A stretch of DNA of 64,000 bases from Eledone cirrhosa (Eukaryota). A program made the position numbers and the translations under genes. This document shows, piece by piece, positions 1 through 12,309 of this stretch. The stretch is taken from assembly GCA_964016885.1 (NCBI GenBank), contig OZ024740.1, positions 255,316,001 through 255,380,000 on the forward strand, in the 5' to 3' direction. The notes under the pieces were generated by a model. That model worked only from the letters and a program-made list of their open reading frames with translations, was not told where the DNA came from and made no database searches. Each line of letters starts with the position of its first letter. Position 1 is the stretch's first letter.

Positions 1-562
1 CTCCATCCCAATTGGCCCATTATGTGAAAGTGGGTCAGTCGTGGTAGTAGTGATGCTGATGTGGTTGATAGTGCTGATGAATATGTTGTTGTTAGTTGTT
101 GTGACGCTGTTGGTAATAGCGTTGACGTTGATGGTAGTTGTGGTGATGGGTGGGTGGTAGTGGTTTTAGTGGCGGTGTTGCTGATGATGTTCATAGTGTT
201 GGTGATCATGTTGAGAATGGTGTTATCATTGATGGTTATTGTGGTGGTGGTAAAGGTGGTGTGTGACAGGAGTTACAACGAGACTTCAACGATTTTGTGT
301 GTCACCTTCAAAAACGAACACCAACCAACAGATCACTTCACACCCACAACGCCAAACACTGAATAAGCGATGCATAATTTATAAACTAGCCACACGTTGC
401 CCAAAAGCCGAAGTGTCAACAATTAGAACAACAATCAAACCTTATCAACGCTTCGTTTACCCCTCCTCTAATTAAAACGATAATGACACCTTACAAAAGA
501 ATTTTCATCAGGTTTTTAAAGACTCGTTTCAGCAAACCTAACGATTTTTTATGTACGAGGTA

Positions 563-672
<110 letters not shown>

Positions 673-1004
673 ATGAACCGCCGTTAGCACTGAAAAGACT
701 AACATTTTTTCCTTGGTCCACTATGGCGCTTGGCTCCTTTCTTCTATCAGGAGTTGACTCACGTGTAGTATCACCACTGAAAAAACCCATGGAAACATTG
801 TTTCCTTGGTCCGATATGACGATCGGCTCCTTTCTTTTTTACTTCTTTGAAGCCAGTGCTTATGACTTTTTTCAGGGCTTCGGTGACTAGTGTGTATATG
901 TGTGGTGGGGTTAGAAGTTATCATTAAACTAGAGACCGGACCCAAATACTTCAACAGGTTATGGTATTTAAATAGGTGACAGATTAAATTTAATTCTGAC
1001 GTAA

Positions 1005-1170
1005 GTTACAACACGATTTTGAACTCAGAATGCAATGGCATATTGTCTGACACTCTAAGAATTCCGCACTGCTTCTTCATTTTATCGACTCCAAGAAAGG
1101 ATAGAATTTAAAGTTGACACGGGATGATTTAAAATCAACACAGGGAGCCGGGACAAATATCACAAAATAC
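1005..1170 (-). mobile_element. Degenerate tRNA-derived SINE fragments
   Basis: Reverse complements of motifs in the SINE at 45933-46120 (ttgaactcaga = B-box tctgagttcaa; ttttatcgact...aaggat...aaagttgac). Confidence 0.55.
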
Positions 1171-1446
1171 AACGTTTAATACATTGTCCAGCATGAGTTC
1201 CTTTGAAGGCAACGTTTTAAAATATCACCAACAGATTAAATATGTCAGTGTCAGGTTATACAGCAAGTACCAAGGGTGCAGAGTCTGCTTCCTGTTTCCT
1301 CATCCCATTCATTTTTCTCCACCTCATTTTTTCTCCCCTCTTCCCCTCTTTAATATATACAGTGGAATATGACATTTCGTATCAATAAAAACGTATATTC
1401 CAATTTTCTTTGTAAGAGATAGCAGAAAAGATGAACAATAATTTCA

Positions 1447-1740
1447 ATGACAACGATGATGATGATGGTGATGGTGATGTTGATGGTGATGGAGGTGATG
1501 GTGATATTGATGGTGATGGTGAGGATGTTGATGGTGATGTTGATGATGGTGATGGTGATGTTGATGATGATGGTGATGATGTTGATGGAGGTGATGGTGA
1601 TATTGATGGTAATGGTGATGATGTTGATGGTGATGTTGATGATGGTGATGTTGATGATGATGATGTAGATGGTGATGGTGATGATGGTGATGGTGATGAT
1701 GGTGATGGTGATGATGACATTGGTGATGATGATGATGAGA
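1447..1740. repeat. Compound (GAT/GGT)n low-complexity trinucleotide repeat
   Basis: gatgatggtgatggtgatgttgat... visible directly. Confidence 0.95.
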
Positions 1741-1789
1741 ATATTTAGCTTCGTGACATCGTACTCCATGATCACCAATGTTGCTAATT

Positions 1790-1824
1790 CATCAACAACA
1801 GCCAATACCACCAACAGCAACACC

Positions 1825-1856
<32 letters not shown>

Positions 1857-2735
1857 CACCACCAACAACACCACCACCACCAACAGCAACACCACCACCA
1901 ACACCACCACCACCAACACCACCACCACCAACACCACCACCACCAACAGCAACACCACCACCAACACCACCACCACCAATACCACCACCAACAACAACAA
2001 CACCATCAAAACAAACCACCACAACTACCACCACCACCACCACCACCACCACCGCCACCACCATCAACACCACCATCAACACCACCACCAACACCAACAC
2101 CACCACCACCACCACCACCAACACCACCACCACCGCCAACAACAACAACAACAACAACAACAACAGCACCACCACCACCACCACCACCACCATACCACCA
2201 CCACCACCACCACCACCATACCATCACCACCACCACCAACACCACCATCACCAACACCAAGCCACCAACACAACCACCACCACCACCATCACCACCACCA
2301 CCACCACCACCATACCACCACCAACACCACCACTACCAACACCGCCGCCACCAACACCACCACCACCAACACCACCACCAACACTAAGACCATACTACCA
2401 CCACCACCACCACCACCACCATACCACCACCACCAACACCACCGCCACCGCCACCAACACCATACCACCACTACCACCACCACCAACATCATACCACCAC
2501 CACCAACACCAACAACACCACCAACACCATCAACACCACCACCACCACACACAAACACAAACACACACACGCACACACACACATACACACACGCACGCAC
2601 ACACACACATATATATGTATTTACTCGAGCATACACACAGACCCTAATATATACACACGCATTCATACACGTGCACACGCACACACTATAGATTCACACA
2701 CATAGATACATACACACCGCACACACGCATACACA
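1790..2735. repeat. Compound (CAC/CAA)n repeat followed by degenerate (CA)n
   Basis: caccaccaacac... to about 2545, then a CA-rich tract. Confidence 0.95.
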
Positions 2736-5700
2736 CTGTCTTTGATGACCAACAACACCAAACAACGAATTCTGAGAGAAAAGAATTCTTAATGAAATTT
2801 ACTCCTTAACTAACGTTGTTGTTATTGTTGCTGTAGTTGCTGCTGTTGTGTTGTTGCAGTTATTGGAATTGCTGTTGTTGTTATTGTTGCTGTAGTTGCT
2901 GCTGTTGGTATTGTTGCAGTTATTGGAATTGCTGTTGTTGTTATTGTTGCTGTAGTTGCTGCTGTTGGTGTTGTTGCAGTTATTGGAATTGCTGTTGTTG
3001 TTATTGTTGCTGTAGTTGCTGCTGTTGGTGTTGTTGCAGTTATTGGAATTGCTGTTGTTGTTATTGTTGCTGTAGTTGCTGCTGTTGGTGTTGTTGCAGT
3101 TATTGGAATTGCTGTTGTTGTTATTGTTGCTGTAGTTGCTGCTGTTGGTGTTGTTGCAGTTATTGGAATTGCTGTTGTTGTTATTGTTGCTGTAGTTGCT
3201 GCTGTTGGTGTTGTTGCAGTTATTGGAATTGCTGTTGTTGTTATTGTTGCTGTAGTTGCTGCTGTTGGTGTTGTTGCAGTTATTGGAATTGCTGTTGTTG
3301 TTATTGTTGCTGTAGTTGCTGCTGTTGGTGTTGTTGCAGTTATTGGAATTGCTGTTTTTGTTATTGTTGCTGTAGTTGCTGCTGTTGGTGTTGTTGCAGT
3401 TATTGGAATTGCTGTTGTTGTTATTGTTGCTGTAGTTGCTGCTGTTGGTGTTGTTGCAGTTATTGGAATTGCTGTTGTTGTTATTGTTGCTGTAGTTGCG
3501 GCTGTTGGTGTTGTTGCAGTTATTGGAATTGCTGTTGTTGTTATTGTTGCTGTAGTTGCTGCTGTTGGTGTTGTTGCAGTTATTGGAATTGCTGTTGTTG
3601 TTATTGTTGCTGTAGTTGCTGCTGTTGGTGTTGTTGCAGTTATTGGAATTGCTGTTGTTGTTATTGTTGCTGTAGATGCGGCTGTTGGTGTTGTTGCAGT
3701 TATTGGAATTGCTGTTGTTGTTATTGTTGCTGTAGTTGCGGCTGTTGGTGTTGTTGCAGTTATTGGAATTGCTGTTGTTGTTATTGTTGCTGTAGTTGCG
3801 GCTGTTGGTGTTGTTGCAGTTATTGGAATTGCTGTTGTTGTTATTGTTGCTGTAGTTGCGGCTGTTGGTGTTGTTGCAGTTATTGGAATTGCTGTTGTTG
3901 TTATTGTTGCTGTAGTTGCTGCTGTTGGTGTTGTTGCAGTTATTGGAATTGCTGTTGTTGTTATTGTTGCTGTAGTTGCGGCTGTTGGTGTTGTTGCAGT
4001 TATTGGAATTGCTGTTGTTGTTATTGTTGCTGTAGTTGCTGCTGTTGGTGTTGTTGCAGTTATTGGAATTGCTGTTGTTGTTATTGTTGCTGTAGTTGCT
4101 GCTGTTGGTGTTGTTGCAATTATTGCAATTGCTGTTGTTGTTATTGTTGCTGTAGTTGCTGCTGTTCGTGTTGTTGCAGTTATTGGAATTGCTGTTGTTG
4201 TTATTGTTGCTGTAGTTGTTGCTGTTGGTGTTGTTGCAGTTATTGGAATTGCTGTTGTTGTTATTGTTGCTGTAGATGCGGCTGTTGGTGTTGTTGCAGT
4301 TATTGGAATTGCTGTTGTTGTTATTGTTGCTGTAGTTGCTGCTGTTGGTGTTGTTGCAGTTATTGGAATTGCTGTTGTTGTTATTGTTGCTGTAGTTGCT
4401 GCTGTTGGTGTTGTTGCAGTTATTGGAATTGCTGTTGTTGTTATTGTTGCTGTAGATGCGGCTGTTGGTGTTGTTGCAGTTATTGGAATTGCTGTTGTTG
4501 TTATTGTTGCTGTAGATGCGGCTGTTGGTGTTGTTGCAGTTATTGGAATTGCTGTTGTTGTTATTGTTGCTGTAGATGCGGCTGTTGGTGTTGTTGCAGT
4601 TATTGGAATTGCTGTTGTTGTTATTGTTGCTGTAGTTGCTGCTGTTGGTGTTGTTGCAGTTATTGGAATTGCTGTTGTTGTTATTGTTGCTGTAGATGCG
4701 GCTGTTGGTGTTGTTGCAGTTATTGGAATTGCTGTTGTTGTTATTGTTGCTGTAGATGCGGCTGTTGGTGTTGTTGCAGTTATTGGAATTGCTGTTGTTG
4801 TTATTGTTGCTGTAGTTGCTGCTGTTGGTGTTGTTGCAGTTATTGGAATTGCTGTTGTTGTTATTGTTGCTGTAGATGCGGCTGTTGGTGTTGTTGCAGT
4901 TATTGGAATTGCTGTTGTTGTTATTGTTGCTGTAGTTGCTGCTGTTGGTGTTGTTGCAGTTATTGGAATTGCTGTTGTTGTTATTGTTGCTGTAGTTGCT
5001 GCTGTTGCTGTAGTTGCAGTTATTGGAATTGCTGTTGTTGTTATTGTTGCTGTAGTTGCTGCTGTTGGTGTTGTTGCAGTTATTGGAATTGCTGTTGTTG
5101 TTATTGTTGCTGTAGATGCGGCTGTTGGTGTTGTTGCAGTTATTGGAATTGCTGTTGTTGTTATTGTTGCTGTAGTTGCTGCTGTTGGTGTTGTTGCAGT
5201 TATTGGAATTGCTGTTGTTGTTATTGTTGCTGTAGTTGCTGCTGTTGCTGTTGTTGCAGTTATTGGAATTGCTGTTGGTGTTGTTGCAATTATTGGAATT
5301 GCTGTTGTTGTTATTGTTGCTGTAGTTGCTGCTGTTGGTGTTGTTGCAGTTATTGGAATTGCTGTTGGTGTTGTTGTTGCTGTAGTTGTTGCTGTTGGTG
5401 TTGTTGCAGTTATTGGAATTGCTGTTGTTGTTATTGTTGCTGTAGTTGTTGCTGTTGGTGTTGTTGCAGTTATTGGAATTGCTGTTGTTGTTATTGTTGC
5501 TGTAGTTGTTGCTGTTGGTGTTGTTGCAAATATTGGAATTGCTGTTGTTGTTATTGTTGCTGTAGTTGCTGCTGTTGGTGTTGTTGCAGTTATTGGAATT
5601 GCTGTTGTTGTTAATGTTGCTGTAGTTGCTGCTGTTGGTGTTGTTGCAGTTATTGGAATTGCTGTTGTTGTTATTGTTGCTGTAGTTGCTGCTGTTGGTG

Positions 5701-8700
5701 TTGTTGCAGTTATTGGAATTGCTGTTGTTGTTATTGTTGCTGTAGTTGCTGCTGTTGGTGTTGTTGCAGTTATTGGAATTGCTGTTGTTGTTATTGTTGC
5801 TGTAGTTGCTGCTGTTGGTGTTGTTGCAGTTATTGGAATTGCTGTTGTTGTTATTGTTGCTGTAGTTGCTGCTGTTGGTGTTGTTGCAGTTATTGGAATT
5901 GCTGTTGTTGTTATTGTTGCTGTAGTTGCTGCTGTTGGTGTTGTTGCAGTTATTGGAATTGCTGTTGTTGTTATTGTTGCTGTAGTTGCTGCTGTTGGTG
6001 TTGTTGCAGTTATTGGAATTGCTGTTGTTGTTATTGTTGCTGTAGTTGCTGCTGTTGGTGTTGTTGCAGTTATTGGAATTGCTGTTGTTGTTATTGTTGC
6101 TGTAGTTGCTGCTGTTGGTGTTGTTGCAGTTATTGGAATTGCTGTTGTTGTTATTGTTGCTGTAGTTGCTGCTGTTGGTGTTGTTGCAGTTATTGGAATT
6201 GCTGTTGTTGTTATTGTTGCTGTAGTTGCTGCTGTTGGTGTTGTTGCAGTTATTGGAATTGCTGTTGTTGTTATTGTTGCTGTAGTTGCTGCTGTTGGTG
6301 TTGTTGCAGTTATTGGAATTGCTGTTGTTGTTATTGTTGCTGTAGTTGCTGCTGTTGGTGTTGTTGCAGTTATTGGAATTGCTGTTGTTGTTATTGTTGC
6401 TGTAGTTGCTGCTGTTGGTGTTGTTGCAGTTATTGGAATTGCTGTTGTTGTTATTGTTGCTGTAGTTGCTGCTGTTGGTGTTGTTGCAGTTATTGGAATT
6501 GCTGTTGTTGTTATTGTTGCTGTAGTTGCTGCTGTTGGTGTTGTTGCAGTTATTGGAATTGCTGTTGTTGTTATTGTTGCTGTAGTTGCTGCTGTTGGTG
6601 TTGTTGCAGTTATTGGAATTGCTGTTGTTGTTATTGTTGCTGTAGTTGTTGCTGTTGGTGTTGTTGCAGTTATTGGAATTGCTGTTGTTGTTATTGTTGC
6701 TGTAGTTGCTGCTGTTGGTGTTGTTGCAGTTATTGGAATTGCTGTTGTTGTTAATGTTGCTGTAGTTGCTGCTGTTGGTGTTGTTGCAGTTATTGGAATT
6801 GCTGTTGTTGTTATTGTTGCTGTAGTTGCTGCTGTTGTTGTTGTTGCAGTTATTGGAATTGCTGTTGTTGTTATTGTTGCTGTAGTTGTTGCTGTTGGTG
6901 TTGTTGCAGTTATTGGAATTGCTGTTGTTGTTATTGTTGCTGTAGTTGCTGCTGTTGGTGTTGTTGCAGTTATTGGAATTGCTGTTGTTGTTATTGTTGC
7001 TGTAGTTGCTGCTGTTGGTGTTGTTGCAGTTATTGGAATTGCTGTTGTTGTTATTGTTGCTGTAGTTGTTGCTGTTGGTGTTGTTGCAGTTATTGGAATT
7101 GCTGTTGTTGTTATTGTTGCTGTAGTTGCTGCTGTTGGTGTTGTTGCAGTTATTGGAATTGCTGTTGTTGTTAATGTTGCTGTAGTTGCTGCTGTTGGTG
7201 TTGTTGCAGTTATTGGAATTGCTGTTGTTTTTATTGTTGCTGTAGTTGTTGCTGTTGGTGTTGTTGCAGTTATTGGAATTGCTGTTGTTGTTATTGTTGC
7301 TGTAGTTGTTGCTGTTGGTGTTGTTGCAGTTATTGGAATTGCTGTTGTTGTTATTGTTGCTGTAGTTGCTGCTGTTGGTGTTGTTGCAAATATTGGAATT
7401 GCTGTTGTTGTTATTGTTGCTGTAGTTGCTGCTGTTGGTGTTGTTGCAGTTATTGGAATTGCTGTTGTTGTTATTGTTGCTGTAGTTGCTGCTGTTGGTG
7501 TTGTTGCAGTTATTGGAATTGCTGTTGTTGTTATTTTTGCTGTAGTTGCTGCTGTTGGTGTTGTTGCAGTTATTGGAATTGCTGTTGTTGTTATTGTTGC
7601 TGTAGTTGCTGCTGTTGGTGTTGTTGCAGTTATTGGAATTGCTGTTGTTGTTATTGTTGCTGTAGTTGCTGCTGTTGGTGTTGTTGCAGTTATTGGAATT
7701 GCTGTTGTTGTTATTGTTGCTGTAGTTGCTGCTGTTGGTGTTGTTGCAGTTATTGGAATTGCTGTTGTTGTTATTGTTGCTGTAGTTGTTGCTGTTGGTG
7801 TTGTTGCAGTTATTGGAATTGCTGTTGTTGTTATTGTTGCTGTAGTTGTTGCTGTTGGTGTTGTTGCAGTTATTGGAATTGCTGTTGTTGTTATTGTTGC
7901 TGTAGTTGTTGCTGTTGGTGTTGTTGCAGTTATTGGAATTGCTGTTGTTGTTATTGTTGCTGTAGTTGCTGCTGTTGGTGTTGTTGCAGTTATTGGAATT
8001 GCTGTTGTTGTTATTGTTGCTGTAGTTGCTGCTGTTGGTGTTGTTGCAGTTATTGGAATTGCTGTTGTTGTTATTGTTGCTGTAGTTGCTGCTGTTGGTG
8101 TTGTTGCAGTTATTGGAATTGCTGTTGTTGTTATTGTTGCTGTAGTTGTTGCTGTTGGTGTTGTTGCAGTTATTGGAATTGCTGTTGTTGTTATTGTTGC
8201 TGTAGTTGCTGCTGTTGGTGTTGTTGCAGTTATTGGAATTGCTGTTGTTGTTATTGTTGCTGTAGTTGTTGCTGTTGGTGTTGTTGCAGTTATTGGAATT
8301 GCTGTTGTTGTTATTGTTGCTGTAGTTGCTGCTGTTGGTGTTGTTGCAGTTATTGGAATTGCTGTTGTTGTTAATGTTGCTGTAGTTGCTGCTGTTGGTG
8401 TTGTTGCAGTTATTGGAATTGCTGTTGTTTTTATTGTTGCTGTAGTTGTTGCTGTTGGTGTTGTTGCAGTTATTGGAATTGCTGTTGTTGTTATTGTTGC
8501 TGTAGTTGCTGCTGTTGGTGTTGTTGCAGTTATTGGAATTGCTGTTGTTGTTATTGTTGCTGTAGTTGCTGCTGTTGGTGTTGTTGCAGTTATTGGAATT
8601 GCTGTTGTTGTTATTGTTGCTGTAGTTGCTGCTGTTGGTGTCGTTGCAGTTATTGGAATTGCTGTTGTTGTTATTGATGCTGTAGTTGCTGCTGTTGTTG

Positions 8701-9362
8701 TTGTTGCAGTTATTGGAATTGCTGTTGTTGTTATTGTTGCTGTAGTTGCTGCTGTTGTGTTGTTGCAGTTATTGGAATTGCTGTTGTTGTTATTGTTGCT
8801 GTAGTTGCTGCTGTTGGTGTTGTTGCAGTTATTGGAATTGCTGTTGTTGTTATTGTTGCTGTAGTTGCTGCTGTTGGTGTTGTTGCAGTTATTGGAATTG
8901 CTGTTGTTGTTATTGTTGCTGTAGTTGCTGCTGTTGGTGTCGTTGCAGTTATTGGAATTGCTGTTGTTGTTATTGTTGCTGTAGTTGCTGCTGTTGGTGT
9001 TGTTGCAGTTATTGGAATTGCTGTTGTTGTTATTGTTGCTGTAGTTGCTGCTGTTGGTGTTGTTGCAGTTATTGGAATTGCTGTTGTTGTTATTGTTGCT
9101 GTAGTTGCTGCTGTTGGTGTCGTTGCAGTTATTGGAATTGCTGTTGTTGTTATTGATGCTGTAGTTGCTGCTGTTGTTGTTGTTGCAGTTATTGGAATTG
9201 CTGTTGTTGTTATTGTTGCTGTAGTTGCTGCTGTTGTGTTGTTGCAGTTATTGGAATTGCTGTTGTTGTTATTGTTGCTGTAGTTGTTGCAGTTATTGGA
9301 ATTGCTGTTGTTGTTATTGTTGCTGTAGTTGCTGCTGTTGGTGTTGTTGCAGTTATTGGAAT

Positions 9363-9562
9363 NNNNNNNNNNNNNNNNNNNNNNNNNNNNNNNNNNNNNN
9401 NNNNNNNNNNNNNNNNNNNNNNNNNNNNNNNNNNNNNNNNNNNNNNNNNNNNNNNNNNNNNNNNNNNNNNNNNNNNNNNNNNNNNNNNNNNNNNNNNNNN
9501 NNNNNNNNNNNNNNNNNNNNNNNNNNNNNNNNNNNNNNNNNNNNNNNNNNNNNNNNNNNNNN
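9363..9562. other. Assembly gap (200 N), followed by an indel-rich segment to about 12310
   Basis: Run of N. Scattered 1-bp indels at 9563-12310 look like an unpolished long-read contig end. Confidence 0.95.
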
Positions 9563-12309
9563 AGTTATTGGAATTGCTGTTGTTGTTATTGTTGCTGTAG
9601 ATGCTGCTGTTAGGTGTTGTTGCAGTATTGGGAATTGCTGTTGTTGTTATTGTTGCTGTAGGTTGCTGCTGTTGGTGTTGTTGCAGTTATTGAATTGCTG
9701 TTGTTGTTATTGTTGCTGTAGTCTGTCTGTTGGTGTTGTTGCAGTTATTGGAATTGCTGTTGTTGTTATTGTTGCTGTAGTTGCTGCTGTTGTGTTGTTG
9801 CAGTTATTGGAATTGCTGTTGTTGTTATTGTTGCTGTAGATGCTGCTGTTGGTGTTGTTGCCAGTTATTGGAATTGCTGTTGTTGTTATTGTTGCTGTAG
9901 TTGCTGCTGTATGGTGTTGTTGCAGTTATTGGTATTGCTGTTGTTGTTATTGTTGCTGTAGTTGCCTGCTGTTGGTGTTGTTGCAGTTATTGGAATTGCT
10001 GTTGTTGTTATTGTTGTTGTAGTTGCTGCTGTTGGTGTTGTTGCAGTTATTGGAATTGCTGTTCTTGTTATTGTTGCTGTAGTTGCTGCTGTTGGTGTTG
10101 TTGAGTTATTGGAATTGCTGTTGTTGTTATTGTTGCTGTAGTTGTTGCTGTTGGTGTATGTTGCCAGTTATTGGTAATTGCTGTTGTTGTTATTGTTGCT
10201 GTAGTTGCTGCTGTTGGTGTTGTTGCAGTTATTGGAGTTGCTGTTGTTGGTTAATGTTGCTGTTAGTTGCTGCTGTTGGTGTTGTTGCGAGTTATTGGAA
10301 ATTGCTGTTGTTGTTATTGTTGCTGTAGTTGCGGCTGTTAGGTGTTGTTGCAGTTATTGGAGTTGCTGTTGTTGTTATTGTTGCTGTAGTTGCTGCTGTT
10401 GGTGTTGTTGCAGTTATTGGAATTGCTGTTGTTGTTATTGTTGCTGTAGTTGCTGCTGTTGGTTGTTGTTGCAGTTATTGGAATTGCTGTTGTTGTTATT
10501 GTTGCTGTAGTTGCTGCTGTTGGTGTTGTTGCAGTTATTGGAATTGCTGTTGTTGTTATTGTTGCTGTAGTTGTTGCTGTTGGTGTTGTTGCAGTTATTG
10601 GAATTGCTGTTGTTGTTATTGTTGCTGTAGTTGCTGCTGTTGGTGTTGTTTTTTGCAGTTATTGGAAGTGCTGTTGTTGTTATTGTTGCTCGTAGTTGCT
10701 GCTGTTGGTGGGTTGTTGCAGTTATTGAATTGCTGTGTTGTAATTGTTGCTGTAGTTGCTGCTGTTGCTGTTGTTGCAGTTATTGGAATTGCTGTTGTTG
10801 TTATTGTTGCTGTAGTTGCTGCTGTTGGTGTGTTGCAGTTATTGGAGTTGCTGTTGTTGTATTGTTGCTGTAGTTGCTGCTGTTGGTGTTTGTTGCAGTT
10901 ATTGGAATTGCTGTTGTTGTTATTGTTGCTGTAGTTGCTGCTGTTGCTGTTGTTGCAGTTATTGGAATTGCTGTTGTTGTTAATTGTTGCTGTAGTTGCT
11001 GCTGTTGGTGTTGTTGCAGTTATTGGAGTTGCTGTTGTTGTTATTGTTGCTGTAGTTGCTGCTGTTGGTGTTGTTGCAGTTATTGGAGAATATATGCTGT
11101 TGTTGTTATTGTTGCTGTAGTTGCTGCTGTTGGGTGGTTGTTGCAGTTATTGGAATTGCTGTTGTTGTTAATGTTGCTGTAGTTGCTGCTGTTGGTGTTG
11201 TTGCAGTTATTTGGAGTTGCTGTTGTTGTTAATGTTGCTGTAGTTGCTGCTGTTGTGTTGTGCAGTTATTGGAATTGCTGTTGTTGTTATTGTTGCTGTA
11301 GTTGCTGCTGTTGGTGTTGTTCGCAGGTTATTGGAGTTGCTGTTGTTGCTGCTGTTTGTGTTGTTGCAGTTATTGGAATTGCTGGTTGGTGTTATTGTCT
11401 TGCCTGTAGTTTGCTGCTGTTGGTGTTGTTGCAGTTATTGGAGTTGCTGTTGTTGTTAATGTTGCTGTAGTGTTGCTGCTGTTGGTGTTGTTGCAGTTAT
11501 TGGAATTGCTTGTTGTTGTTATTGTTGCTGTAGTTGCTGCTGTTGGTGTTGTTGCAGTTATTGGAATTGCTGTTCTTGTTATTGGTTGCATGGTAGTTGC
11601 TGCTGTTGGTGTTGTTGCAGTTATTGGAATTGCTGTTGCTTGTTATCTGTTGCTGTAGTTGCTGCTGTTGGTGTTGTTGCAGTTATTGGAATTGCTGTTG
11701 TTGTTATTGTTGCTGTAGTTGCTGCTGTTGGTGTTGTTGCAGTTATTGGAATTGCTGTTGTTGTTAATTGTTGCTGTAGTTGCTGCTGTTGGTGTTGTTG
11801 CAGTATTGGAATTGCTGTTGTTGTTATTGTTGCTGTAGTTGCTGCTGTTGGTGTTGTTGCAGTTATTGGAATTGCTGTTGTTGTTATTGTTGCTGTAGTT
11901 GCTGCTGTTGGTGTTGTTGCAGTTATTGGAATTGCTGTTGTTGTTTATTGTTGCTGTAGTTGCTGCTGTTGGTGTTGTTTGCAGTTATTGGAATTGCTGT
12001 TGTTGTTATTGTTGCTGTAGTTGCTGCTGTTGGTGTTGTTGCAGTTATTGGAATTGCTGTTGTTGTTATTGTTGCTGTAGTTGCTGCTGTTGGTGTTGTT
12101 GCAGTTATTGGAATTGCTGTTGTTGTTATTGTTGCTGTAGTTGCTGCTGTTGGTGTTGTTGCAGTTATTGGAATTGCTGTTGTTGTTATTGTTGCTGTAG
12201 TTGCTGCTGTTGGGTTGTTGCAGTTATTGGAATTGCTGTTGTTGTTATTGTTGCTGTAGTTGCTGCTGTTGGTGTTGTTGCAGTTATTGGAATTGCTGTT
12301 GTTGTTATT

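Noticed and set aside
1-270. Open Thr/Ser-rich minus frame as a possible downstream mucin exon
   Set aside because: No acceptor AG at its start, and it is indistinguishable from the other low-complexity G/T tracts in the window.
1431-2691. Asp/Gly-, His- and Pro/Thr-rich ORFs
   Set aside because: These are translations of compound trinucleotide microsatellites with no splice or domain support.
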